A model generated the notes under the pieces. It saw only the letters and a program-made list of their open reading frames with translations. It made no database searches and was not told the DNA's origin. 64,000 nucleotides of DNA from an uncultured Chloroflexia bacterium (GTDB lineage: Bacteria; Chloroflexota; Chloroflexia; QHBQ01; JADMIH01): contig CAWCNY010000007.1 in the NCBI GenBank assembly GCA_963797095.1, forward strand, positions 128,001 through 192,000. The letters run 5' to 3'. Below are positions 29,766 through 40,218 of this stretch, one piece after another. Position numbers and translations under genes: made by a program. Numbering within the stretch: position 1 is the stretch's first letter; each line of letters opens with the position of its first letter.

Positions 29766-32174
29766 ATGCTGAGACACCAACGTAGTCAACTCTTGCAGAT
29801 AGGTGTTGCGGTATTGATGATGGTGCTACTGGCTCAACTGGGGACCTGGGTTGGCTCACAGACCGGGCCGGCAGCGGTCACGCCCCAGAACAACACCCCG
29901 ATGATGGCATCGGTGGCAGGCGCACCCGCTGACCAGGGTAAGGGACAGGCAGTGGATGCGCCGCCGTTCGAGGTGGGTAAGGATGCGATGCATGACGTGT
30001 CGCCACCCCTGCGCGACATTCCACCTGTGCCATACGACAAACCGAGTAGCATACGAGAGATGACCGAGCCGGGCGGCGAAGGGTCAGGTGCAGCGCCATT
30101 GCCTGACGTAAGCGACCCGGTGGTGCAGAACAATTTCGGTAACCAGATCGATGCGCCCTCGCCGAGCAAGAACTTCGAGGGCATAACTAACCGCAACGGC
30201 GTGTACCCACCCGATACGAACGGAGATGTGGGGCCGAACAACTATGTACAGATCGTGAACCTTTCGTTCCAGGTGTTCAACAAGAGCGGCGGGTCGTTGT
30301 ATGGGCCTGTAAACTCCAACACTATCTGGTCGGGGTTTGGAGGGTCATGCCAGACCCGCAACGACGGCGACCCGATCGTGCTGTACAACTCGATGGCTGA
30401 CAGGTGGCTCGTCTCGCAGTTTACGGCAGCCAGCCCTTACGGCCAGTGCGTGGCGATCTCGACCTCGCCCGACCCAACAGGATCGTATTACAGGTACTTC
30501 TTCCAGTTCAGCACGTCCACTTTCTATGACTATCCGCACCTGGGCGTGTGGCCCGATGGGTATTACATGGGCGCGAACCGCTTCACCGGCAACACATATA
30601 ACGGCGGGGCTGCCATTGTGTTCAACCGGGCAAATATGCTGCAGGGTCTTTCGGCTACGTTCCAATCATTCAACCTGAGCAGCAGCTACGGCACGCCTTT
30701 CCCATCGGACCTGGATGGCCCCACGCCACCACCGACAGGCGCGCCCAACTACTTCATGAGCCGGGGCACGAACGTGCTTGACCTGTTCAAGTTCCACGTC
30801 GATTGGACAACACCATCTAACTCGACCTTCACGGGACCAACTGCTCTATCGACAGCGGCCTACAACGTGTTGTGCTCAACTACTCGCAATTGTGTGCAGC
30901 AGCCCGGTACATCGGTAAGGCTAGATGGACTTGGGGACAGGCTTATGTTCCGCGTGGCTTACCGCAACTTCGGAGACCACGAGTCTATCGTGACCAACCA
31001 CTCGGTCAATGTAAGCGGCGGGCTGGCCGGCGTGCGCTGGTACGAGGTGCGCAACCCCGGTGGCTCACCGAGCATCTACCAGCAAGGGACCTATTCACCC
31101 GATAACACGAACAGATGGATGGGCAGCGTGGCGATGGACGGGCAAGGGAACATGGCGATGGTATACAGCGCTTCATCGTCGTCTGTGTATCCTGGCATAA
31201 GGTATACGGGAAGATTGGCGACCGATCCTCTCGGGCAGATGTCACAGGGAGAAACCACCCTGATCGCAGGGAGCGGCTCGCAGACGGGAACGGCGTCGAG
31301 GTGGGGCGACTATTCGATGATGACGATTGACCCCAGCGACGACTGCACGTTCTGGATGACGACCGAATATATTCAGACCACAGGGACGGCAAGCTGGCAA
31401 ACGCGGATCGGGGCGTTCAAGTTCCCCGGCTGCGGCGGCACGCCTCCTACGCCTACCAACACTCCTGTGGTGGCTCCGACCAATACGCCCACGCGCACGC
31501 CGACCGGCTTGCCTACAAATACGCCTACTCGCACTCCTACCAACACTCCGACAAATACGCCAGGGACAGGAGCCACTAATACACCAACACGAACACCAAC
31601 CATCACACGCACACCTACGCGCACCCTTACGCCCACTCGCACTCCTACATCCGCTTTACCTACGAATACACCAACGAGCACTCCTACACCCGGATCGGGC
31701 GGTTGCAGCAACATCATTGCTAACGGTGGGTTCGAGAGTGGATCGACCTCCTGGGTTGAAAGCTCATCGGGCGGCTACGAGCTAGTTGTCAACAATCGCC
31801 CGCACACAGGCTCGTTAGGCGTGTGGGAAGGCGGTTACAACAACGCTACGGAGAGTATCTACCAGACGGTGACAATTCCATCTAACGCTACTTCGGCGGA
31901 CCTGAGCTTCTGGTGGTATATGACATCAAGCGAAGGAACGGGTACGGCGTATGACTATATGTATGCGGAGGTAAGGAACACCAGCGGCACGCTGCTTGGA
32001 ACACTCCAAACTCTGAGCAACAAGAGTACACGCAACTCGTGGGTACAGTCTAGCGGCCTGAGCCTGCTGGCCTGGAAGGGACAGACAGTGAGGGTCCAGT
32101 TCAGGACGACCACCAATTCGTCGTTGCAGACGTCGTTCTATATAGACGATGTGGCTCTAAATTCCTGCAATTAG
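29766..32174 (+). CDS. large secreted protein of unknown function with Pro/Thr linker and C-terminal beta-sandwich (CBM-like) domain
   Basis: Hydrophobic signal; [29 protein letters not shown] motifs; TPT repeats; NGGFESG...DDV.L C-domain. Confidence 0.8.
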   Translation: MLRHQRSQLLQIGVAVLMMVLLAQLGTWVGSQTGPAAVTPQNNTPMMASVAGAPADQGKGQAVDAPPFEVGKDAMHDVSPPLRDIPPVPYDKPSSIREMTEPGGEGSGAAPLPDVSDPVVQNNFGNQIDAPSPSKNFEGITNRNGVYPPDTNGDVGPNNYVQIVNLSFQVFNKSGGSLYGPVNSNTIWSGFGGSCQTRNDGDPIVLYNSMADRWLVSQFTAASPYGQCVAISTSPDPTGSYYRYFFQFSTSTFYDYPHLGVWPDGYYMGANRFTGNTYNGGAAIVFNRANMLQGLSATFQSFNLSSSYGTPFPSDLDGPTPPPTGAPNYFMSRGTNVLDLFKFHVDWTTPSNSTFTGPTALSTAAYNVLCSTTRNCVQQPGTSVRLDGLGDRLMFRVAYRNFGDHESIVTNHSVNVSGGLAGVRWYEVRNPGGSPSIYQQGTYSPDNTNRWMGSVAMDGQGNMAMVYSASSSSVYPGIRYTGRLATDPLGQMSQGETTLIAGSGSQTGTASRWGDYSMMTIDPSDDCTFWMTTEYIQTTGTASWQTRIGAFKFPGCGGTPPTPTNTPVVAPTNTPTRTPTGLPTNTPTRTPTNTPTNTPGTGATNTPTRTPTITRTPTRTLTPTRTPTSALPTNTPTSTPTPGSGGCSNIIANGGFESGSTSWVESSSGGYELVVNNRPHTGSLGVWEGGYNNATESIYQTVTIPSNATSADLSFWWYMTSSEGTGTAYDYMYAEVRNTSGTLLGTLQTLSNKSTRNSWVQSSGLSLLAWKGQTVRVQFRTTTNSSLQTSFYIDDVALNSCN

Positions 32175-32239
32175 CGGGATGAGGAAACGTCTGGAATAGA
32201 AGATGGGTCATCCCGAATTATGGGTTTGTGCGTAAAACG

Positions 32240-32309
32240 GTTGGGGAGTGACCAAAGACCCTCCCCAACCCCTCCCCAACCCCTCCCCAAATTTGGGGAG
32301 GGGCTTTCT
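32240..32309. repeat. REP-like hairpin with (CCCTCCCCAAC)x3
   Basis: CCCCTCCCCAAATTTGGGGAGGGG palindrome plus 11-mer tandem copies between convergent genes. Confidence 0.6.
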
Positions 32310-32385
32310 TAGAGCCGGATTTTACACGAGCGAACCTGAATCTCAAATTCGGGATGTCTTACGCTTATTTGTTTTGGGCCAAGCG

Positions 32386-33381
32386 TTATGAATTGGCAAA
32401 CGATTGTGCGGATAGGGTTTTGCGATAGATATGGTAAAGCTGGACGATGCGCATACCGGCCTGGGCGTAGACGCGTGGGGCTTTGGTGAGGTTAGCACTG
32501 TCGACGCTTAGCTGAGCGGTAGGAATGCCGTGGGCATGAAACTTGTGGAAGGAGTGGAGGAGTAGAGCCGTGCCGAGGCCGCATTTGCGCCAGGGGCGGC
32601 GGACACCAAGGTGATCTACCCGGGCGGTGTTGGTGGCGGCGGTGTTGGTGGCGGAGGTGTTGGTGGCGGAGTGGTAGTAGTTTAGGCATACGCCCGCGAT
32701 GTCAGGACCGTCGTTGGCGAGAAACCAGAGGGTAGGGTCGAAATCGGGCTTATTGAGACCCATGCGATTGGCCCATCTATCGAAGGTGAGAGGGGAGTGG
32801 TAGCCTTTATCCTCACCCAATTCCTCGTCGGCGGCGTAGGTAGCCTGGTCATCCTGGCCTGGAACGAAGGTGCGGACGGTGATGCCGGGCGGGAAATTGG
32901 GTTCGGATAAGGGTTGAGTGAGGTTGAGGTCGATCTGCATGATCTGGAAGGAGAGATTGAGGTCATATCCGGCATGCTCGAAGGCGCGTTGGGCGGGTTT
33001 GTTGGCGTCAAAGACGCGGCCAAAGAGGATTGCGGGTTCGGCGGAAGTTGCCGTGTGACGTTCCCGAGCGCGGCTTTCAGCGAGGGAAATAAGGTGGGAT
33101 TCGATGCCATGGTCGCGGCAGTTGGGAAGGACGTTGATGGCTACCCAGGTGTCGGCGGAATCGGGCAGCAATTCCGCGCAGGCAACTACCTGACCCTTCG
33201 GATCGACGGCGAGCCATGCATCGCTATCCAGGTCGACTTTACCGGATTGCCAGGAGGTGCGGAGATCGTCTTCTGTGAGGCTTGAGGAACCAAAGTCGTA
33301 GATACGGAAAGCATATTGGACCTGGAAGACGGATGACAGGTCGTCTAGGGTGGGGTGGCGGAAGGTGTATGGTAATTGCAT
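32386..33381 (-). CDS. tandem-GNAT acetyltransferase
   Basis: FDPTLWFLA, LGVRRPWRKCGLG and L.VDSAN.T.A. Confidence 0.85.
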   Translation of the reverse strand: MQLPYTFRHPTLDDLSSVFQVQYAFRIYDFGSSSLTEDDLRTSWQSGKVDLDSDAWLAVDPKGQVVACAELLPDSADTWVAINVLPNCRDHGIESHLISLAESRARERHTATSAEPAILFGRVFDANKPAQRAFEHAGYDLNLSFQIMQIDLNLTQPLSEPNFPPGITVRTFVPGQDDQATYAADEELGEDKGYHSPLTFDRWANRMGLNKPDFDPTLWFLANDGPDIAGVCLNYYHSATNTSATNTAATNTARVDHLGVRRPWRKCGLGTALLLHSFHKFHAHGIPTAQLSVDSANLTKAPRVYAQAGMRIVQLYHIYRKTLSAQSFANS

Positions 33382-33466
33382 GGGGTGGCCGCTGTTGATG
33401 TGGCCATCTGGGGCGCACAAGGCCAGTATACCATGCAGATTTACAGGTTGCAGGGCGTATCCGGTA

Positions 33467-34768
33467 TTAGCTGCCGAGATAGACCGAGCCGTCAGAGCCT
33501 ACTACTAATGCAATGGAGGAGAGAGGGCGGCGGGCCGGCCCACGCAGCACCTCGCCGGTGGTGGCATCGAATCTGGCCCCGTGGCAGGGACAGCTTAGCA
33601 TGGTGGAACTGGTAGGGATGACCTCACAACCTTCGTGAGTGCAAATGGCTACATAGGCGCTGTAGCCCGCATCATTGTGGACGATCAGAGCGGGTTCGCC
33701 CGTTGGCAATGTAAACTGGCCCGCCTGTCCTATTGGGAGTTGCCCAGGTTGAAGGAGTTGTGTGAGGCCGGACGTTGCAGGCTCAGGGGTGGGGGTATCA
33801 GCGGGCGGCTGAGGGGTGGGAGATGGGGCTTGCGGTTCTGTCGGTGAGAGGGGCGAAGCAGGGGCCTCAGGCACGGTGGTGGCCGCCGGAGCCTGTGTCG
33901 CCGTCGGAGCCACAGGTGGAATAGTGGGCTTTGGAAAGGTGCCAGGAGTTGGTGAGGAGGATGGGTTGTTGGCGACATTGACGGAGGCATTGCCGGAGCG
34001 TGGGTGGAGGATCCCCCAACCCAGGCCGACAGCAGCCATCGCCATGGCAACAAGTCCGGTCGCGCCCCCGGCCAGCACTGCCCGTCTGGTGTAGATATTA
34101 TCCGCCGGTTGGGTAACGGAGGAAGGAGGGAGGGAACGCACAGTAGGGGGTAGGGACGAGGAGCTGGAAGTACGGGCCGAATTTGACCCGGCGGATTTGC
34201 GGTGAACGGAAGCTGATTGGGCTGAAGCCCTGGTGGGTTGGAGCGCGGCGCGCGGAGGCGCAGGGTAGAGAAGGAGCTTTACAAGCGAGTCGAGTGCGAG
34301 AGGGCCAGGCCCGGCCAGCGCGAGAGTGAGCCAGCAGAACATGTAAGGGAGGTCGGCACCGAAGTAGAAAGGCTGTATATCCCAGGTGGCCGAGAGAAAG
34401 AAGGTGAGGTTGAGAAGGAGACCCATTACCGCGCTGAAACGGGTGAAGAGACCCAGGAGGACAGCCAGGCCAATACAAAGCTCGCCACCCATGACCATAA
34501 CTCCAAAGAGGGTAGCATTGGGTACGGCGACATGGAGCAAGAAGCCCTCAATAGGAGTGCCGGGGGCGAAGCGAGATATTTGCTGGCCGATGTAATCGTG
34601 GGCGGAGGGGTCGAGGTATGAGGGATCGGTGAGTTTGTCGATGCCTGCCGCGATAAAGCTATATGCCAGGAAGAAACGCATGGGCAGGATGATCCAATTG
34701 GGAATGAACTGGATAGTCAAAAGGTTCCTAAAGCGGTTCCGTTCGGGAGGGTGCGGTTTTGAAGACAT
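33467..34768 (-). CDS. DoxX/DoxD membrane domain fused to a Rieske 2Fe-2S domain
   Basis: PMRFFL...AGIDK, GEL.IGL..LLGLFTR DoxX motifs; CTHEGC and CPCHGARFD Rieske ligands. Confidence 0.88.
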   Translation of the reverse strand: MSSKPHPPERNRFRNLLTIQFIPNWIILPMRFFLAYSFIAAGIDKLTDPSYLDPSAHDYIGQQISRFAPGTPIEGFLLHVAVPNATLFGVMVMGGELCIGLAVLLGLFTRFSAVMGLLLNLTFFLSATWDIQPFYFGADLPYMFCWLTLALAGPGPLALDSLVKLLLYPAPPRAALQPTRASAQSASVHRKSAGSNSARTSSSSSLPPTVRSLPPSSVTQPADNIYTRRAVLAGGATGLVAMAMAAVGLGWGILHPRSGNASVNVANNPSSSPTPGTFPKPTIPPVAPTATQAPAATTVPEAPASPLSPTEPQAPSPTPQPPADTPTPEPATSGLTQLLQPGQLPIGQAGQFTLPTGEPALIVHNDAGYSAYVAICTHEGCEVIPTSSTMLSCPCHGARFDATTGEVLRGPARRPLSSIALVVGSDGSVYLGS

Positions 34769-34986
34769 CGATTATGTGCTCCTGGATGCAAGCACGGCTA
34801 GAGTTTGCTATGGGATAAATCTGACTCCACCACCGCAGTTGAGATTGTCAGAGATCGATCAGGAGTCTTGGAGATATTCTAAGTCTGCAAGATTAGAAAA
34901 CCTTTGGAAACAAACCCATATACATTAATAAACTGTTAAAAGTGGATCACACCAGCAGAAGGGAAGGTGCGCTTAGGCGCACAAAT

Positions 34987-35020
34987 ACGAGGGGATGTAT
35001 AGGAAGATACGTCCCCTCGT
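34987..35020 (-). terminator. intrinsic terminator
   Basis: ACGAGGGGATGTAT/ATACGTCCCCTCGT hairpin downstream of the thioesterase. Confidence 0.6.
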
Positions 35021-35042
35021 TACACCCATAAGCCGCCGGTCG

Positions 35043-35576
35043 TTAGCTTCGCTGTCGGGCGCGTACTTCTTTTGAGTGCTCGTAAATCAGGCGAGCCCGT
35101 TCCATGTTCTCTTGTTCTTCGGGAGTTTCGGCGAGTAAAGGAGGGACGAGGGCCGGGCGGCCCTCGTCTCCGATGGCTACGAAGGTGAGGTAGCAAGAAG
35201 AAATAACGACCCTCTTACCGCCGGTGGGGTTTTCGGCTTCGACAACGGCATAGATGACCATGGAAGTGTGACCAACATACGCCACATTGGAGGTGATGGT
35301 AATGAGATCGCCAATATAAGCAGGTTCCTTGAAGTCCATATGGTCGAGGGCAACAGTGACCACCTGGCGACCCGAGTGGCGCATAGCAGAGATGGCGCTG
35401 CCGACATCGACCATTTTCATGATAGAGCCGCCGTGGACGTTACCCATGGGGTTGGCGTCGTTGGGGAGCATTACTTGCCCCAGGATCGAGCGGGAGGCAG
35501 ACATTGGCTTGGGGTCGAGGGGGGCCGGTTGGCCGAATTCACGGCGGCGGAACGTCTGGTTGGTCATATTGTTCAT
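35043..35576 (-). CDS. acyl-CoA thioesterase (YciA/hot-dog family)
   Basis: MLPNDANPMGNVHGG, VVTVA.D..DF..P and Y.TFVAI. Confidence 0.9.
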   Translation of the reverse strand: MNNMTNQTFRRREFGQPAPLDPKPMSASRSILGQVMLPNDANPMGNVHGGSIMKMVDVGSAISAMRHSGRQVVTVALDHMDFKEPAYIGDLITITSNVAYVGHTSMVIYAVVEAENPTGGKRVVISSCYLTFVAIGDEGRPALVPPLLAETPEEQENMERARLIYEHSKEVRARQRS

Positions 35577-35677
35577 CTTTCTTGAACCACGAAGGTACAA
35601 AGATCACGAAGGGATCACGAAGATTATAAAGGGTCTGGGGTCGTGCGATTGGGAAAAGCACAATCAAAGAAGGCCAT

Positions 35678-36716
35678 TTAGAAATCATCAATGGGCCGAT
35701 AGATAGCGCCTGGGGCGGAGAAGATAGCCCGGATATCGTCGTGGGTAACGGTAGGAGAGAGAGGGCGAGCGAACATCCTGTGATCGTCCTGCTCGTTGAG
35801 GGCGGAACCATCGTTGGTGCCGGCTATGGAATCGACCGGTTCTTCGTAAGGGAGGAAGAGGCGTCCGCCCACCTGACCTTCAGCGGTGTCTTTGAGGGCA
35901 GCTATGGTGAGAGTTGACATCGCACCTGTGTGGTTGGGGAGAGCGCATAACTCATAAACGGTGAAGACCTGGTCAAGATTGAATTGCTCGCGGGCGTGAG
36001 CGTAGCGGGGGCGGGGGTGGAGAAAGAGGCGAGGAGGTAAGCGCAAACATCCCCACCGGTAGATATGGCCGTGTAGATTGCGGAAGTGCAGGTGGTGGAG
36101 GGCCACAAGACGCTCAAAGGGAAGTAAACTTGCCAGTACCAATCGCTACGAACGCCGGTGAGTGGACGAGCAATGTTATAGGCATCATAGATTGGGGCCA
36201 GCGATGCCCAGTCGTGGAAAGCGGATAGGTCAAGACGGTTGATGGTATATGGGGTGCCGGTTGTGAGGGTGGGGTACTGGCGTCTCAGCGCTCCGCGACG
36301 GTATGTGTGGGAGTAGTGATGAAAGTCGTGGCGCTCGTAGAGGGGTACACCGATCGGGCTGGAAAGAGGAGCATCCAGAGGCAGCCTTCGGCCCGCATAG
36401 CCTGGAAAGCGAGATTGAGGAGATTGCAGGCGTGCCCCTGGCGGCGGGCTTCTTCGCGGGTGGTGACGTGCGAGATGCAGCTCACCAGTTGGGGTGTGCC
36501 GTCAGCGTTACGCAGAGAATAGACATAGTAGCGGAGCGTGGCGAGCACAGTGCTTTCGGGAGAGACGGCGAGAAGGGTATGGTTGAGATAGTCAGGGTCG
36601 GAGATGCGTATGTAACGGCGGCTGCGCTCAGGGTCGTTGCTGCCGAAGGTGTGGGCCCAGAGGGCGACAACCCGGTCTTCGTCTTCGGGGCGCATACGGC
36701 GATATTCGACTGACAT
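35678..36716 (-). pseudogene. GNAT (Eis-like) acetyltransferase with two frameshifts
   Basis: V.T....RRQGHA motif. The frame continues as SSPIGVPLYER...YDAYN.ARPLT.VRS..YW after a shift in a T run near 36363, and shifts again in a C run near 36010. Confidence 0.7.
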
Positions 36717-36725
36717 GACTGCTCC

Positions 36726-39261
36726 TTAGAGGCGAACGATGGTGACACCTTCGCCGCCCTGCTCCATAGGTGCGGTTTCGACCTCGCGGACTGCGGGGTG
36801 TGTTTTGAAGTAGTCGCGCAGGGCTTTGCGGAGAGCGCCTGTGCCTTTGCCATGGATGACGCGCAGGAAGGGCATACCTGCCACCGAGGCTTCGTCCAAA
36901 CGACGATCCATCTCTTCGATAGCAGCTTCGGCTCGCCACCCCCGGAAGTCGTATTCCAGGGGTGGGGCGTTCTTGGGCACTGATGGCTGGTAGCGGACCA
37001 TCGAAGGCGCGGCGGCATTATCGGCGGCAACCTGGGCGGCGGCCTTGCGCAAGGTTATGCTTGAAACCGGCACGCGGGTCTTGAACGCGCCCAACTGGAC
37101 CTCAACCTGACCGCTGGAGTCGGGTGGAGAGAGGAGGTCGCCTTCCATACCGAGAGATTGGACAAAAACGAGATCGCCGGGGCCGTAGGTATGTGGCTTT
37201 TCCTGAGTTTTGGCCTTTTCGACGTGGCGGGCATTGGCGGTGCGGTTGCGCTCTTTGCGCCCCTCCTGGGCTTTCTGGCGTAACTCTTTGTCAAGTTGCT
37301 CGGCGCGTAGCTGAGCCTGCGTCACCCATTGGCGGGTGAGGGTCTCGTCGGAGGTGGCATGGAGGCCGGCCTCCACGCGGGCACGTAACTGGCGCAGTTC
37401 GGTACGGAGAGCGTCAAGCTCCTGATCGACCTTGAGTTCGGGCCTCATCCTCGGCGCGGGCCTTCATTTCGTCAGCCTGGGCGAGGTGGCGCTCCATCTC
37501 CTCGTTGCGGCGCTGGAGGTCGCGGCGAGCGGTTTCAGCTCTGTCTCGCTCTTTGCGGGCCTGGTTGCGCTCACGACGTATGCCCTCCAGGATGTCTTCG
37601 ACACGCTGTTCGTGAGGATCGACAAACTCCCTGGCTTTGTTGATGAGGGTATGGCTGAGACCCAGGCGCTGGGCGATAGCGAGGGCGTTGGAGCGCCCCG
37701 GCACTCCGATCAGGAGGCGATAGGTGGGGCTGAGGGTGTTGATGTCGAATTCGACGGAGGCGTTTTCGACGCCCTGAGTGGTGAAAGCAAAAGCTTTTAG
37801 CTCAGAGTAGTGAGTTGTGCAGACGGCCATAGCGCCCACCTCGAGCAGGTGGGTGATTATGGCGCGAGCGAGGGCCGAACCTTCCTGGGGGTCGGTGCCC
37901 GCACCCAGTTCATCGAGAAGCACAAGGCTTTGCCTGTCGGCTCGCTTGAGGATGCCAACTATATTGGTCATGTGAGAGGAGAAGGTTGAAAGCGATTGCT
38001 CGATGCTCTGCTCGTCGCCTATGTCGGCGAACACTTCCTGAAACACGTGAGCGAGAGAGCCTGAATCGGCGGGGATATGGAGGCCGGACTGGGCCATAAG
38101 GGAGAGGAGGCCAACGGTCTTCAGCGCGACGGTCTTGCCGCCGGTGTTAGGGCCTGTGATCACAAGGATGCGGAAATCACCGCCAAGCTCAACTGTGATA
38201 GGCACGACCTTGCCCGTGAGGAGTGGGTGGCGAGCATTCTTGAATTCGAGTGCGGGATGCGGAGTGCGAGGTGCGGATTTAGTGGCTGCAGGTTGCCCGT
38301 TGTCAGTTGCCTGCGCGTTGCTACTTTCGTCCTTCGTCCTTCGTCCTTCGTCTTTTACGCGTCCGTCGTCCGGCAGAACAGGCTCTACAGCGTCGAGGTG
38401 GAGGCTGTAGCGAGCCTTGGCTAAAGCAAGATCGAGGTCAGCAACAATTTCGACATTGGTTTTGATTGGGTCGGCCTGTGCGCCTATGAGAGCACCTAGC
38501 TCGCGAAGGATGCGCTCGATCTCTTGATATTCTTCGAGTTGAAGCTGACGCCACTCGTTGCCGAGGTCCACGATAGCCAGCGGCTCAACAAACAGGGTGC
38601 TGCCGCTGTTGGATTGGTCATGCACTATACCGCGCACGGCCCCCTGGAAGTCGCGCTTGACCGGGACGACGTAGCGACCATCGCGCAGGGTGTAGATCGG
38701 CTCTTGAAGGGCGCGGGAATATGCCTCCGAGCCGAGAATTTGCTGGAGCTTCGCCATGAGACGGCTGTGAGCTACGCGTATGCTCTTGCGAAGGTTCGCC
38801 AGTTTGGGGGACGCAGAGTTGAGGATGTTCCCTTCGTCGTTGATGCAACGCTCGATCTCGGCTTCGAGCCGGGGGAGAGGAGTAATGCCGTCGGCGATGA
38901 AGCGAAGGGTATCAAGTTCGCCACGGTTGTCAGCAGTATGTACGATCAGGTTGCGGAGGTTACGTGCGGCTGAGATGGTGACCTTGATAAGTAGGATATC
39001 TGTGGGGTCAAGGAGGGAGCCGAGGGCCGCGCGGCCTGCGATCTCGCGCACGTCGCGAGCACCGCCGATGGTGACATCCGAGCGAAGGGAGAGGAGGCGG
39101 ACGGCCTCGGTGGTGATGCGCTGGTTGCGGCGCACCTGGGCGATATCGAAAGATGGGAGGAGAGAGAGCGCCAGGTCTTTGGACGCGCTGAAAGAGGCAT
39201 AAGCGGCCAGGCGCTCGCGCACTTTGGGGAATTCGAGGGTGTTGAGTGATTTTTCGTTCAA
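36726..39261 (-). CDS. mutS2: endonuclease MutS2 (frameshifted at about 37437)
   Basis: ITGPNTGGKT, DIGDEQSIEQSLSTFSSH, LDELGAGTDP; Smr domain (IHGKGTGALR, GGEGVT) in the next frame. Removing one A gives EARLKVDQEL. Confidence 0.92.
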
Positions 39262-39273
39262 GGTATTGTTTGG

Positions 39274-39329
39274 ATGACGAGTGGCGAGTGACGAGTGACG
39301 AGTGACGAGTGACGAGTGGCGAGTGGCGG
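39274..39329. repeat. heptamer array (GTGRCGA)x8 in the mutS2 5' leader
   Basis: Lies between a minus-strand TGGTATAAT (39347-39339) and the TTG start. Confidence 0.9.
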
Positions 39330-39538
39330 GACCAGGGAATTATACCATTCGTAGTAGGCCGGGCGCGTACGACCCTGGGAGTATCTTTGATAGGATGGGG
39401 ACAAATAATAACCCCTGATTGCCTTTACAAACGCGAAAGGATAGCGGTACAATAGGAAACATAGAGACGGCGTTGAACGGTTCCGGACAGCGATGAAGGG
39501 TCCGGGGCTGATCCTGCTAGATCGGAGGATGTCGGGAG

Positions 39539-40105
39539 ATGATCGAGTGCAAAATTGAGAGCATCAGGGTCAGCCTGGTCACTCAGCACCGGGTAGTTAT
39601 CCTCAAAGAAGTCAAGGTTGATGGTTCCGAGCGTTATCTCCCTATCTGGATCGGCCCGTATGAGGCCGATGCAATCGCGCTTGAATTGCAGGAAGTGCCG
39701 ATGCAGCGCCCATTCACCCACGATTTGTTACGCTCTATCATCGGTGAGCTGAATGCGCAGGTGACACATATTCTCATCAACGATTTGAGAGACGACACCT
39801 TCTACGCACGGATCGTGCTCGACGCCAACGGACGGCATGCAGAAGTGGACTCCAGGCCATCGGACGCGATTGCATTGGCTGTGAGGGTCAAGTGCCCCAT
39901 CTATGTTGATGATGGAGTGCTCGAACGCGCAGGCGTCACGCTCGATAGCGAGACCGAGCCGGAGGAGCCAGCAGGTCTTCCCGATGGCGAGGCCCTCCCA
40001 CGTTCAGAGCAGATTGACGACGATAGCCTATCGGTGTTCCGCGACTTCATCAACTCCCTGGACATGGACGATCTGGGAAGAGCGGGCGACGGGCCGGGGA
40101 AATAG
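39539..40105 (+). CDS. bifunctional nuclease family protein (DUF151)
   Basis: LPIWIG..EA.AI, RP.THDL and DSRPSDAIALA. Confidence 0.93.
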   Translation: MIECKIESIRVSLVTQHRVVILKEVKVDGSERYLPIWIGPYEADAIALELQEVPMQRPFTHDLLRSIIGELNAQVTHILINDLRDDTFYARIVLDANGRHAEVDSRPSDAIALAVRVKCPIYVDDGVLERAGVTLDSETEPEEPAGLPDGEALPRSEQIDDDSLSVFRDFINSLDMDDLGRAGDGPGK

Positions 40106-40113
40106 AAGCCGGG

Positions 40114-40177
40114 GATTAAGGACCGGGGATCGGGAAACGGCACAAAGAAGCGCAATCCCGGTCCCCGGTCCTTAATC
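40114..40177 (+). terminator. long hairpin / terminator
   Basis: 22-bp near-perfect inverted repeat GATTAAGGACCGGGGA.CGGGA. Confidence 0.65.
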
Positions 40178-40218
40178 TGTGGGCGCTGTTCTAATTGCAA
40201 GGAAGAGGAGGAAGAGGC

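Noticed and set aside
31440-31700. TPT-encoding DNA repeats as a mobile or diversity-generating element (also 41750-42140)
   Set aside because: These are ordinary Pro/Thr linkers, with no reverse transcriptase or template/variable repeat pair.
37414-37448. Programmed frameshift producing MutS2 with or without Smr
   Set aside because: No slippery site was seen, and similar single-base indels occur in unrelated genes.
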